From Oopsacas minuta (lineage: Eukaryota > Animalia > Porifera), in assembly GCA_024704765.1 (NCBI GenBank), contig JAKMXF010000021.1:25637-89636 (forward strand): DNA of 64,000 nucleotides, read 5' to 3'. This document shows, in pieces, positions 22,830 through 36,920 of this stretch (the stretch's first letter is position 1; each line of letters starts with the position of its first letter). The translations under genes and the position numbers were made by a program. The notes under the pieces are model-generated. The model worked only from the letters and a program-made list of their open reading frames with translations, was not told where the DNA came from and did no database searches.

Positions 22830-24930
22830 TTCCTCACTATGGTACAATAAGATAATGAAAGTTCATTTAAAGGGGCATTCAAGTTCCAAGTTGACTGTAA
22901 AAACAAATATATCGGAAGAGTTTAATTTAAACATTTTAGAATGCTATTGCTCAGTTGTAAAGAATGTGGAATTTAATACATCATCGGTATGTTGTTACTC
23001 TCAATCTTTTCAAAAATTTCCCCGCAAAGAAATAGTAAAAATAAACTGTTTCGAATGTTAATTCAGATATATGTATTCGCAAGAGGTGCATGAAGAACAA
23101 CACTAACATTAAGATTGATAGAAATTTTCACAGGGTTGACAAAGAAGAAAATTTAATATTGTAACAAAGTATACCCAAATTACCAATTTAATCATAAAAT
23201 GAATTCGTAATTATAATTCCCAGACTAAGGGCAAGGGCTAGTATTCTTTCCATTCGCATTTTTCGTATAAACTATCTTACAAATTTTGAAAATACAAAGA
23301 TTTGGGGAAGAAATTATCACATTGATGCATAATGTTTTACAGCGGAACTTTCATAAAAATTACCTTTTTATTCAAAAGATGAATCACAATGGGATCAGTG
23401 AGATCTGATAACCACTGTATTTTCATGAATAAGCGCATGGACACATATATAAGTGGATGAGAATATCCTGCGTGTATTAACGGAAATAAGGTATGCATGT
23501 TTCTGTATCAAAAGGAGTATTAGTAAGAGGGTCAGGGGGGAATATTTAGTAATGGAAGAATGATATCATCAATGATACTGTAAGAACGCACCTTGAAAAG
23601 GGCGAAGTTACGATAGTCGAGGTACTAAAACATTGCTTCCCTTTGAAACTAAGAAGCAACTGAAAATTATTAAGAGTGAAAACTTGCTAGCAATATAAGA
23701 GAAGTAAATATCATACAAAGAAATTCTTAGATTGATTTTCTGAAAATCTCTTCCGGATGTTATAAAAATAACTTTGCTCATGAAATATGTATGATGGTAA
23801 ATTTATCAAGATGCTTAGAATACCAATAAAATATCGACACATTGACATAATATTGAAGAATTTCGGATTTCTTAGATTTCTCATACAAAAACTATGTCTA
23901 CTAATTAAGACAGTGGTCATCAATAAGTGGTCAATGGGCCCTTGGCGGTCACAGATGACCTCAAGAGGTACATAAGATCTATTGCAGTCTACGGAAGGGG
24001 TCCAAAGACTGTGATAGAATTGTTAAAGGGGATCCATTGTGAAAAGGTTGGAAATACTGATTCAAGGACTAGTACAAGAAAGAAATTCAAAATAATATCT
24101 TGGATGATTACACAAGATCTATTGTTATATTCTAATGATAAGAGAAAAAATATTCCAATTCATGAGTAAATATTCTAATATCAAACCTATTTCAAGAAAC
24201 TCTAGCACAGCATTATATGAGGGTACACAGTTTACCGTTCAAAAGCCATTTGGTTCCGAAACTCTGGTTACAGACATAAGACTTTGGTTGCAAATTTCAA
24301 TTTCATTAAGATAAGCACTTGGGGTTCTAGGATTACGGTTGGTGTACAGTATTTTAACCCTGGTAAAGAAGTGTCAATTTTGGGAGGAAGTATGGTATTA
24401 AAATATAAAATAATAAATAAAGGTTATTGTTTAGTCAAACAAAAGTTAAACAAAAATATATCCTATGTATAACACCCTTATCAAGTCAAGACATATAATA
24501 GTATCTGATATAAATCAAACATCAATTCAAACTAATAAGGTAAGAAATAGTCACCAATTATGGAGAAATCTACACTAGTATTGCCATATTAACCGAACTT
24601 TGGTCAGTATGAAATCACTTACGGTAGGACGTAACATAGGCGAGGGCCAGGTTCAGAAATGGACCAGAGATATGTGATTATGCCAACAAAGATACACGGT
24701 GACTATATACACCAATCATGGCAAAAGTGGTCCTGGGCAAAATATAAAAAGATTCTGTGGATATTGAAGATTGTAAATGATAGCTTGTACAGATTATTTA
24801 AGAAATATGAATATTCAAAATGCTGTAAAATCATTTTTGGGTGTGCAATTAAATTTTGAAAAGTAAATTGTAAAAACACAATATGCTAAAATCTCAGGAA
24901 TGTGTTAAAATAGATTCAAGTAAGCATAAA

Positions 24931-25842
24931 CAGTCAGGGGACAAAAGTATTCGAACACACAAATATATTGTCATAAATTGTATACTCTTTCCCGCTCCTA
25001 TATATTATGTGGTCTATATTCGTAGCTGCTATCTAGTAATTTGTATAGAATAACATATGTTTTTCACGAATTTCAAAAAATATTTTCGACTTACACTTTG
25101 TGAAGGTATTAATTATTAATAATTATTAGATAATTATTGGTAATCAAATATGTGATAATTCAAAGCCTATTAAGAATCTATGATTTCTGACTTGATAATT
25201 GAATTCTACGTAGGCGAGTTACCCGAGATTGAAATTTCCAATCGGATTAAACAATTTTTACCAAAGTTATAGAAGAATTTCAATTTGTCCCACTTGTGCA
25301 CTTTTTTAAAAAGTGGAACAGGTGGCATGAAAAAGCGCCACTACAAGGAAATCAACTAGGGTTAGGAGGAATAAGTCGAAATAATATTTTTGAATATTAT
25401 GACTATGCTAACCCTTGAATTACAAAACAACCTCTTGGTAGCGGCCACTTGTGCCACCTTGGGCAAAAGGTGGTACAAATGGCACAAATTGAAATTTATC
25501 TATAACTCTGGTAAAAATTGTTCAATCCGATTGGAAATTTCAATCTGGGGTAACTCGCCTACCTAGAATTCAAATATCAAGTCAGAAATTATAGATTCTT
25601 AATAGGCTTTGAATTACCACATATTTTGAATATCAATAATTATCTAATAATTATTCACAATCAACACCTTCAAAAAGTATAAATCGAAATATTTTTTTGA
25701 AATTCTTGAAAAACATATGTTATTCTATAAAAATTTCTAGATAGCAACTACGAATCTAGACTATACAATATATAGGAGCGGGGAAGAGCCTACAATTTAT
25801 GACAATATATTTGTGTGCTCGAATACTTTTGCCCCCTGACTG
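24931..25842. mobile_element. Non-autonomous foldback element (Tc1/mariner-type ends), 912 bp, copy 1
   Basis: Starts CAGTCAGGGGACAAAAGTATTCGA and ends TCGAATACTTTTGCCCCCTGACTG|TA. Arms of about 400 bp are imperfectly self-complementary. No transposase. Confidence 0.9.
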
Positions 25843-26763
25843 TATATTGAGTAAATCAAGCTATCAATTGAAGACTTTTAAAACGTTAAATATTGCATCA
25901 AGTATACAACGACAATCTATGAAATGATAGAACATATTGAATGAAAACGGATTAAACAGCACAATTTGGAAGTGAACATTATGTGCCGATTAACAAATCA
26001 TGATTATTTAAGTATTCAAAACTAGTTTTCATGGTCTAATAACGAGAAATATCTTATTTACCACAGTATACCCGGTTATAGGACCTAGTGAGGAATAGAT
26101 TTTTCGATATAACTAAAAAATTCTATAACTGGAATCGCTTATTTGGGAGGAAATTCCAATATAGTGATTAAAATTCAGAAATATTCTGTTAATGTAAATA
26201 AGAAAGCTCGATTAACCTACGTGATGTCCCAATTACCAGAAGATTTTGCTTGTTAACTATGTCTCCAAAACATTGTCCCGTTTCAGTTAATATCCCGATT
26301 AAGGGGCTTCCACATTATATGTAATATAACAAAAGTCTCAAATCACCGTATGTGCCGACTTAAAAAGCACCAAATTAACTTAAAGGTTTTCGCGATTAGC
26401 ATAAATGCAGATATTGGTTCTTCGTGAGTTTTGATTATATTTGTACTGAAATGTATTGGTTATTAATATAGAGTGAAATTCAATTAGTGATACACTCTAA
26501 TCAAATTATTATAAGATTAATAATACTATCAAATTTTTGCTGGATATTTCATCTTATCCTAGAGATTGAGTTAAATAGGAGTAACAGGGACGTGGAATTT
26601 GATTATGACACTCCCTAATGTCTGAGACAAATATTTGCACAAAATTGTATTTCCTTTGCTGTATAGAATAGAATTATAAGCTATTGAATTTTGAGTGTGC
26701 AGGTCTTGAAATATATAATTAAAGTTGACACTATGCATGTACTATTATAGATATAATTGTTAT

Positions 26764-27364
26764 CATGCTTGGACCGGGTAACGAATAAACCGGGTCACTA
26801 TTTTCAATAAATTTCGGGTCTGAACCGGGCACTGATTTGACTTGGCCGGTTTATATCCTTTTGATAATTATAATATATCGGTTTGTAAAATTATAAAGAT
26901 TCAGTCAATATTCTTCAGACGTTGCATTTTCATGAATCATTAGTATTTCTACTAAACTTGTTTGGTATCATTATTACTGTATACTTGTATATCTATATAC
27001 TCTTATATATCAAAAGAAAGAACTTATTTTCAGGACTTCTGGAACAAAAACATGGTGCAAACAGAAAACACTAGGGTCCCAGCTGCTATATAACCCAACT
27101 TTAACCATTAGAACCCTAGGCGAGTTTTAAAACACTGTAGCTTGTTGAGAGTCACCAACCTCTTCTAAAATCTCCCTAGATTTTCATTGTGGAATACCTG
27201 TAATTCAAACTTAGGAAAATCTAATCATTATCAAATTGCATGAAAACAGAAAAATGATGTTTTGAAAAAACGGGTCAAAAAACGAAACCGGGTCACCGGG
27301 TCAGAGGTTTCAACCTGGTCTACCGGGTAATCAGGTCAGGAAATCATGACCCGATCCAAGCCTG
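26764..27364. mobile_element. Non-autonomous hAT element (MITE-like), 601 bp
   Basis: 16-bp TIRs CATGCTTGGACCGGGT / CAGGCTTGGATCGGGT. Perfect 8-bp TSD ATTGTTAT at 26756-26763 and 27365-27372. CCGGGTC subterminal repeats. Confidence 0.92.
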
Positions 27365-27599
27365 ATTGTTATAAGAATTGGAATTAAAATTCTGCATTAG
27401 AAATTGATATATCACCTGAAATAACCACAAAATATTCCAAGTAAAATATGACGCCACTTTACATATCCATACACCAGAATATCAAATCGCTGATACGTAG
27501 CTCAATTTTGATCTAATTAGGTTTCCAATATTCTGATTACTATACTATTATTATCAAATGAATATAGAACTGGAAATTTCAGCTATTTCAGGTTATATA

Positions 27600-27882
27600 A
27601 TTTCTGAATTTCTCAATATTCGAGGCCCGATGTGCGAAGATTACTAACCAAAAGTGATATGGCATCCCTATTGTTACAACAGATGGCTATTGAACGTAAT
27701 TTGACGGACCATGGATAATACAATCTGAAATTTTCTCTTATATTATAACCTCAGGCACGAAGTGCTGAACTTTTTCAACTCGCCTAGCGACCAAAAGCAC
27801 TAAGAAAATTATCTACTAAATACTCAATCAAACTTAAGGCATTAAGCTGTCACGCAGCCACTTAGCAAGCGAAGCGCACTAG
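27600..27882 (+). mobile_element. Helitron-like family 3' portion (5' boundary approximate)
   Basis: TACTAACCAAAAGTGA...TAGCGACCAAAAGCACTAA...GCTGTCACGCAGCCACTTAGCAAGCGAAGCGCACTAG|T is colinear with 7540-7762. Confidence 0.6.
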
Positions 27883-28605
27883 TCATCATTTAATTAAGTC
27901 ATAGTCTAATGGGTCAAGAGGTCATAGCCCTGACCCATGTGACCCATGTTACCAGCGACCTAACCAGTGATCCATGGTCGAGTTTGGTTTTCTTGGTCTT
28001 TTCTACCACATTCAATCTTGTATTAGGAAATTCACTAGACTAGTTGATTTATGAACTCATTCCATTGAGCAAGGACTGTTAAACAGAGTTCTGATTCAGG
28101 CCTAAAGAAAACTGGATGCGGCCTGCGTACCTTCGCCTGCATAAATTTTGGGAAATATTTATGAGGGCGCGCGAAATTTTACCATTATCGGGTGGTATCC
28201 CCATGTTCTTAATACGCTAGGGTTAGCGAAATTTAATATATGGACACGTGGGGTACGCTGTATTCCTAATTCTAGATGAAACCCTGGTCCAATATGTCTA
28301 AAATCATATAATCCTATCTGTTAATCGGAGTTAGTAAACTGAGTTTAACTAAGTTGATCTGAAAAGCCCACCATTCAGACGGAGATTGGTGTAACACTTG
28401 GATTTATATTTGCACGATATTTTTTGTTTAGCTGAACACTCAATGATGGCATTGAACACTGATTTAAATATATATACTGTACAAATTAGAAGAGGATCGA
28501 AATAGAAACTGAACACAGACTCCTTAGAGTCACTTTTCTCCATTTTAACAAATATGGAGAAAAGTGACAAAATTTTCAAAACTCCTTATGTCTAAATAAC
28601 TTATA

Positions 28606-29942
28606 CAGTATGTACAATAATTATTGCAACACTAGGGAGATTTCTTAGTATAACCCAGAAACAATAAATATGAAAGCATATGATCAAGGTTTTTGTCCAC
28701 TTGTCGAGAATACACTAAAGATTAACATTTGATCTTATTTCCATCGTTTTCTACGACCATCTGACAGCTACGCGTCATAGACTTCCAACAGTGTTCCAAA
28801 AATTCGGGTGTGAGAGAATCCCAAATTGCTTGGATACACTTCTCAAGCTCAGCTAGTGATTTGGCATGTTGTTTTGCAACTTGATTTTTCAACCAGCCGA
28901 ATAGATTTTCTATCGGATTAAGGTCTGGTGATTGACTGGGCCATTGAAATACATTATTTGGCATTTTTTCTGAGATCCATTGTTGGGGTAATATTGAACG
29001 GTGCTTTGGATCACTATCCTGGACGATAAACCATCTATTTCCGTAGAAAGCCTCAGTCTGTGAAAGAAGATGTCATTCAAGGATCTTAACAAAGAATTGT
29101 GCATCCAAATTCTGACGGAATATGCACAATGGGAAGTTACCAAAAGACGAAATTGCAGCCCATATGTGTAATTTCGGTGAGTGTTTGGTAGTTTTTTGTG
29201 ATCGTTTCTTTCCAGATTTTGTCCACATTCGAACCTTCCCGCCATTAAGCAAGAAAGAGGCTTCATCTGCAAATACACCTCTACGCCAGAGTTTAAATTT
29301 GTTTCTGTCCCATTCAATTCTGAAGAGACGATTTTTTTCAAATAGCAATGAAATCTGTCAGGAAATGGCTTAGAGTATTTCAGTTTCTGAAGAGTAAGAT
29401 AGACTGTACTTTTACTGACAGTCAGTTTCTTTGTTTTAGCTGTCCTGGTTGCAAGCTTACGTACACTAGTCTCTGGATCCGATTTGATGAACTGAGTAGC
29501 TGTATATTGAATTGCCGAGTAAATTTGGTCTACCACTACCTCTTTTGTGTTTAAGGGTCATATTTTTTTGGAGTCTTTTTACCCTGTAAACTGTCCCTCG
29601 ATCAACATCTAAAATGGGTGAGATTTCAGTAGGTGTATGTCTATCGCCAATCAATAGAGTTTTGATCTTTTCTCTCATCACCTCTTGGGCCATATCAACG
29701 CTAAATGCTAAATTATTCAGCTAAAAGGTAAGAGGATCTTCTAATTTATGATGAAAGGTATTAAATACTGACGTCATCCTCATTAGCAAATATATAATCC
29801 CATTGTGTTTACTCAGATTTATCTTCAAATAAATACCAATTGACGTTCAACATTAGTGCAGTAACTACTCCTTATCCAATAGAACTATAGCAGTGGTTGA
29901 AATAGAATCAATGATGTGTTGCAATAATTATTGTACATACTG
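28606..29942 (-). mobile_element. Tc1-like element with D-35-E spacing, full length 1337 bp; transposase about 29693-28722, frameshifted
   Basis: Perfect 27-bp TIRs CAGTATGTACAATAATTATTGCAACAC with TA TSDs. Motifs HKRGSGRP, VFADEASF, IWAAIS and QDSDPKH...WPSQSPDLNPIE. Confidence 0.93.
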
Positions 29943-30272
29943 TACTTGTTAAATTTTTATTTATGTAAACCAAAAGATGTTCGTCACTTTTATGAACACT
30001 CATTAAAGTGTTGATAACCGCCGTAATAACAAAGAATTCCATCAAAACAATGTAATCAATCACAAAATTAATTATAATTGTTATGAATTTTGATTTGTTA
30101 CATTCTTTCTATTGTATTTGAGTACTAAGATAATACGAATCATGATTCGTTTCAAGGAATTCTTGTATATTTTGATAACAATGATAAATATTAGGATAAT
30201 AATTCTGAAAATTTAACATAAATTTTGATGGGGACACTATTGTTAATTTGTATTTTGTGTTATACAGCTGTA

Positions 30273-31380
30273 CAAGGTTGCTTGTAAGTTCTGATACATC
30301 GAAAACATGCCCCAGATTGTAAACTTAGTGCATCTAGAATTTGTTGAGGTCCTAGTTCATTGCTATGATGTAAATGCAATCAAACTATACAAAAATTACT
30401 CAATGTACCCTCCTTGTTTCTTAATGGCAGCTGGGAGACGTCCAGAAACGGACTCAATCGCGGCACGCAGGGTTTTCTGAGGGATTTTCGCCCATTCCCA
30501 TCACAAAAACCTCTTGAGCGACTGGATACTCATGTGAGATTTAGCGCAGGGATTTGGTTCTAATATCCCACAAAATACAAAGTGCATCGTGTTAAAATCC
30601 GGGCTAGAGGAGGGCGATTCTTCTTTTGAGATAAAATCAGGAATGTTATCCTGGAGCCAGGCCAGAGTAACCTTTGACGTTGAACTGCTGCACCATCTTT
30701 TGAAACAAGTATGATTGGTTGTGATACATTGTTCTGCTGATGTACTTTACAACAGGTTCTAAAATCAAATTTTTGTAGGTTGAGTTAATTTTGACCTCAC
30801 AATGTACGAGAATTAGCGAGGTGCGGCCTACAGACGAAATTCCGGACCAAACCATCACCAAGCCGGCTTTTGAATTCATTTACTTATTTGAGGTTATCTG
30901 GGATTGCAGATCATAAAAAGCAAAAGCATCCGATCATTTTGACGATTACAAGCCTGCTCAATTGGAAATAATTTCTCGTCGGTGCAAAGAATATTCTCTA
31001 TAACGCTAATTGCTAACCGCATGACAAGTGATTTCCTTTGTGAAAGCCGCTTTTATTTAATCTTGTCGGAAAAGAAAGTGAAATTTCCTTAACTTGTAAG
31101 AAAATTGTCCTAAGTTCTTCTTTACAATCTTACTCACCGAGGTGCGCCAAATTCCGAGCTCGGATGACATCTTTCGCATCTATTCTCTGGGATTTAGCCG
31201 AATCCAAGATCGTATGACCTTCCTTATTCTGGTAGTAGTAATCGAGGTCGTACGTCCACTCCTTGAATTATCTCGTATTTTTCCGGTATCCTTGTATCGA
31301 TTTATTGTGCCATATACGACATACGTCTCCTCTTTTCAATATCTAGGGCCCTCATAATTTCGCAACGACTTGTCCCCTTC
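30273..31380 (-). mobile_element. Decayed maT (DD37D-type) element
   Basis: TA|CAAGGTTGCTTGTAAGTTCTG terminus resembles the other maT TIRs. The minus strand gives YGTINRYKDTG...RSGR, VMVWSGIS, FQKDGA and IPDFISKEESPSSSPDFN. The second TIR was not located. Confidence 0.78.
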
Positions 31381-31929
31381 TCATAAAGCCTAATTATTGA
31401 TGCCAGCATTTTACCATAACAAAACTATTTATATCTACCTTGATACAATTTAACAAATAAATAACTAAAATGTTCCTGAGATTCAATATTTCGTAATGTA
31501 TTACTCAATTAAGAATTCAAAGGAAAATATACGAAAATTGACATTCTTAATATTGTAACAGAACTTAAAAGCCACCCTATATGACAAAAATCAGCCCTAG
31601 GGATCTTCCCGATTCTTGAATCAATGTCGAACACACAAGATCCAAACAAATATTTATAGAGGTAGTATTCTAATAAACACGGCAATTTCACTGACCATTA
31701 TTTAACCACCAGACATTCGTTAACTGAGCTTAGGATTATTATTTTGGAGTGAAAATCGCCGGATGAATGTATTATAGACTTGAAGAAATACATGTCATCA
31801 TTTCAAAAATCGAAAACTTGTTAAATATGCCAAAGTATACAATTTTAAGATTAATTTCAGTAATTATATTGATAATGAAAGGTCTGAAGAAAATAGCTTT
31901 GTAATTCTTAAATACATCTAAAGGTCAGT

Positions 31930-32710
31930 TGTGGATAGATGGCGTTAAGTTTCACGGGTTATCTAATGTTCGAAATATTTCGGGATGCATGTGTTTATTG
32001 ATGAGTGCTGTCATTTCCTTTACGTCATCACAGGTGCTTATAGCAATAGTTTTGTAGAGTGTAATCCACTATAAGTTTTGTGGTTAGTTGTAACACAACC
32101 TGGACATAGTTTAGTTCATCAAATGTTTGATAAAAAATAAGTGTTTATGTGGAGAAATTTTGAATTTTCCATCAGTTGGGTATTGGAATAAAACTGAATT
32201 CAATACTAATGGTATTACAAGGTTACAAAATGTATAATTAAGGAGCCAATTCACCTTCCCAAGGTTCACAACCCAAAGTGTGATGTAGAAAGTGAACAAG
32301 TTGTGGACACATTGTTAGAAGTCAGCTCTGGAGTTGACTTTGAGATTGAAAGCCAGAAATTTGGAGAATTTTATCTCGAAATCACAGAATGGGATAGTTT
32401 GTGCATTACTGATTCGAACTATGGAATGTCATTAGTCAATAATTGGATGAATGTATTTCTTCTAAGTTTCATGATGTAAACAATATGTGTGTTTTGAAGT
32501 TTGACTATTATCGGTTGAAAGGTCTGATAGAGTAAGAGAAACAGTCATTTCTTTCGAGCAAGAGCAGAATGAAATTCCCTAATTTTAGAGCATTTGTATT
32601 TTATTGTGTGTACGAGAGCAATTTAATGATTCTGACAAAACAGGAGGATTTGTTATGGTAATTCAACATAATTAAAATCCGCGGAATGTTTAAGGAAATA
32701 TAAATCAGAA
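31930..32710 (+). repeat. Unclassified dispersed repeat, copy 1 (empty-site copy), with a decayed plus-strand reading frame
   Basis: Colinear with 40230-40330 plus 42200-43340, for example CCCAAGGTTCACAA..GTAGAAAGTGAACAAGTTGTGGA..AGCTCTGGAGTTGACTTTGAGATTGAAAG. Confidence 0.8.
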
Positions 32711-33469
32711 ATGAATTCCGCTAGTATGTTTTCTAATTCTATCAGAGAAGTTGTAGTAGTTACCGTCATCTACTCTCTGATTCTCCAATCCCAGGTTATG
32801 TTCAGTACTTTGTGCAAGGTCCATTTGTTGAATATATGTACACTTCCAAACAAATAGAACTCTTAAAAGTATTTAAGGGACAAGATGTAGTTTTAACTTT
32901 AGATGTTGCTGGGTAACGAATTAGTAAACCTCATTCATGCACTAACAAAATATTCTATTATGCTCCAACTATCCAACATCGTGAGTATTCCAAATCTAAT
33001 ACCAGAAGCAGAAATAAATAGTAGTAAACATGGTACAGCTGAAAATTCAGATTTCTTGGATAAATGGTCAAAAGGAAAAGACCAAATTTAGCTCTATTAA
33101 ACTTACCGATTTAATATTTCAAAGGCAATTTAAAGTTTGAAATCGAAATAAAAGCAATCAGATAGTGTACAAAAGCCTCTAGCAAATACAGAAATACAAG
33201 TACCAGTCAAGTCCATGTGTTAACAGGTGAAATAACCAGAGGATGTTCAAAATAATAGTTTATCAGGTAAGAAAGTAGATATAATTACCGTTTTAGACCT
33301 TATGGAAATGGTGAGCTAGATTATAAATTGCCTCAATTCCAACTCATTACATGTAATTGACGAAAGGTTATTCGTGAAAGGTTGAACATACATTATATAA
33401 GTCACTAGTTTCTTCCAGAATAGAAATACACAAAATTCAAATTTACTCGAATGATGTCCTTCTAAAATG

Positions 33470-33835
33470 TTAGATGTTCTTGAGATGGTAATTGTTCATT
33501 TTCTTCACTAGCATTTTGGATGACAGGGATTACAGATCATTTTCATCAAATTCGATCACTAATTACTGATAATATGGTTGGAGGGTTGAAAGAACCTCGC
33601 AATAAATTCCACGTTCAGTAATTAATATTACATAACTTGGGAAACTGATGTGGAAATATTTGCGATAGCTTGGTTATTGCAAACAGATATTTGGAAAATT
33701 ACTTCAACTATGGGAAACAAATGGATGGCTTTTCAGGCAAAGGGGCTAAAGTGATTGATGTCCTAGAAAAGCCTCCAGCAAATCCTGAAGGCTAAATATA
33801 TCAAAATTATGATGGAGTTCATTATGAACACATTT
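33470..33835 (+). pseudogene. OTU-like cysteine protease domain relic, probably TE-borne
   Basis: *DGNCSFSSLAFWMTG..HFHQIRSLITDNM, TWETDVEIFAIAWLLQTDIW and IYQNYDGVHYE give the GDGNC, WGTxxE and HY motifs of OTU domains in order, with stops and frameshifts. Confidence 0.62.
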
Positions 33836-36649
33836 TGGAGGTTGATAGAGCTTTTCTGTCTAAGACCACGTCCCAGTGAGAAAATACTGTACTCTAATAT
33901 GTATTCATATTCGGATCATGGATACTGTTGGGGCTAAATTTTCCATATGTACATCTAATGAGGGTCAGAATATCAGTATCGGAAAATCTGTGTTTTCACA
34001 TGTTTATTTATAGAATAGTAAAATTCTGGATCTCATTAGATAAAATAGGGGTGCAAATTATCCCTTCCATGGTCCATGTTCCTAATATGAATCACAAATT
34101 GAGGAGGAATTTTCTCACTAGATGTTGTTTCATTAAGTTGCATAATATATTAGATATAGCAAAAATTGGTTAAAGAAATGTTTTTTAATAGTGCTTAAAT
34201 TATTTCTTATGTCAATTTTGAATGAAGCGCATATTATCGAGGTACACTACACCTGGGAATGTAATTGATATCCCATAATTTAATAGTTCCGTTTGGTGAA
34301 AAAAATATATATGCATAAAGAAGGTCTTGTAAAGTATAAAACATAATTGGCATAGGGGAACCAGTTGTAGGATCTCAGGATGGGAGGATGAGATAATACA
34401 TTTTCTGTTTATGTTATTAATGTATAAACTAAGTGATAGGTTAGAGTATTCACCTGCTTGACAGACTTAACTTTGGTATCTATAATTCAATTCCGAATAT
34501 CTTTATCGTCGAAAAGTGATCCATACATATTATATCAAGGTTTGAAAGTGGCAGATGCAAGTAGTATGTGTAATATATGTATTATACATACTACGGAAGT
34601 TTTCGTGCAGTATATTGGAATCATTCGTTGCAGAATTAATATAATAACTGATATTTTTCTATTGGCGGTAAATGGTTGGTATTTATGTTTGTTTAAATTT
34701 ATGGATTAAAAAATCTCCAGGATACAAAATCTAAATTTATCTCTTCGAACCATCTTGAGAGAAATTTATGACATGAGAGTGGTATGATATTACTTGATTC
34801 TAATTTTTTGTATAAATTGATGCCATTATTACTTATGTATATATAACAACTCTTTTTGTGTGTAATTAAATACTGAAAAATATCCCTATGAATGGAATTC
34901 AGATAACCTGTATAAATGTTGGTATAATTTTATATATGCACAGTATTATATATACGTAATGTTCAGTTTCACATAATTTAGAAGAATTGAATATGGTATT
35001 TAAGATTAACACATTCAGGTGCACAATAATGAATAGCTTTGGATTCTAGTGCTGAAAGCTGAAATATGATTCAAGATACTTCTAATGGGGAATATATAAT
35101 TGGGTAACACAACACAATTATATAGTTTAGTTGATGGTTGTGTTGTTAATTAAATAATTAAATAGAAGAAGAATTTAACATTTGAATGGAATCAAAAGTA
35201 CCAAGACTCTGTTTCTCTTCAATATATTTATTCCCAAAAGAGAATAGTATTATTAAACTATTTCGAAAGGTACTTACCATAGACATTCATACATGATATC
35301 AAGCGAAGTCAAATCGCTATAACACCCTATTTGAATTTGCTAGGAAATCTCTTTATCTAAGCATGATCTATCCCCAAATGGTAATTATCAAATTTCTGAA
35401 ACATTATTCTAAGTAACTATTTCAAAATTTCAAATTATATTACAAGTCGTATTACCATATGATATTTAATTGAATAGGTTCCCACACATCGCGATTTGGT
35501 AATAGTTGAAAGAAAATTAGAATGGGAGCTATGACAAGTATGATAATCTTACTCTCTATACGTAAATGTGCGATAGAATTAAAGATAGTAATATCACAAT
35601 ACACTTGTATTAAGAAAGGCAATGAAAATTGAGCAAAAAATACATAAATAAAAAGTAGTAGTAACCCCTTGGGTATCTAAGGAAAATGAATTATAGACTA
35701 CAATGGGAAGATAGCAAGAATTTTGAGGCGATTCTGATGATAAAGAATTTCCAGAATAGAGTTCAAAGTTAAGAGCTAATAATTCACTTAAAAAGAGAAA
35801 TTATCAATTTTTAGACGGTTGAAGTGGTTGAGAATTTTCAGTAGTTGTAGATAAAATTGACATTGGTATAAACGATTATATCTCAAAAATAGATGACTAT
35901 CAATATAATTGAGATTCAGTTAGATTTAGGGTAAGAAACATGAGTTTAAAATGACCCTACTTTATGTAGTACCCCTTAATGCCCCCCTACCAACTAAAAG
36001 TACCAATTGCCACAACTTAGTGCGTATTCAATATTTATCAATGAACTCAATTCACATAAACGTTCATGTGGCACAATTTTAAAAACCAATTTTCAGAATC
36101 TAATTCGAACTTTGAGGTGATGTAGTTAAATAAATTTGTATACATAAGCAATTGATCAAAAAGTTTATATAAATGTAAAACATTTACACAAAATCATATT
36201 CATATAACGTTCAAATCACTTCTATTGAACGAGATTAATCCGTAAAATCTGAAGTGGGATAAGTTAGCGATTGAAGTATACATGATCGAATAGTCTGCGA
36301 AATCCACACTCGTCACATACACATATATAAAGTAATTCCGTCTTAATAGTATAGACGTTTGTATATGTCTAAATTACTTTATTACCTGTTATAATAAAAT
36401 TAAGTCCAAACATCAATGAATATCGTTCTTTCTCAATTAACATGTAAATAGACAACCACATTTATGTGATTATAGTAGAGTAGGCCTGTAACTACTTTGA
36501 GTTAGCTATTATATAGTGCACTTGCAACGGATTTTGAGTAACCAATTATAGTCACAGATAGTGCTGGTTCACTGACTCATGTATTGGGTCATTGGGCCAT
36601 TGGGCAATGGTTACAATGTGTGGCCCATGGTCCACTCTGAAGTGAACCA

Positions 36650-36920
36650 GAATAAAATACAAAGAGTCAAAAATACATCTTTCATAGAATGTGGTTAGGA
36701 CATTTAGAACTGATACGGGCCTATCTATAGTTATTCCTTTGATAAATATCGCCACGTTTGTGAACTGCTATTACTTTGGTTATTTTCCATATATTAGGGA
36801 ATATAGCGGTTTGAAATAGAATATTTAGTATTCTGTCTATGATGGAACAATTATTTCTGTTGATAGTTTCAGAATTCTTGGAAAAATCGATCAGGTCCTG
36901 TCAAAAGTCTAGCAATAGTG
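36650..36920 (-). pseudogene. Non-LTR retrotransposon (CR1/L2-like) reverse transcriptase N-terminal fragment
   Basis: The minus strand reads TGPD..PRILK, then IFPNIWKITKVIAVHKRGD..NNY.RPVSVLNVLTTFYERCI, the typical LINE RT domain 0-1 motifs. Confidence 0.72.

Noticed and set aside
23450-24480. Possible integrase or other TE coding relic (ORF 23927-24169)
   Set aside because: Only a vague resemblance to an integrase zinc-finger region; no DDE motifs found.
25900-26700. Candidate downstream exons of the TFIIB-family gene (several AG acceptors on the minus strand)
   Set aside because: Phase-compatible frames are short or lack cyclin-repeat motifs, so none is convincing without RNA data.
28349-28579. 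ORF MKILSLF...GGLFRST as a host exon
   Set aside because: It overlaps a DNA hairpin, has no recognisable domain and has no clear splice support.
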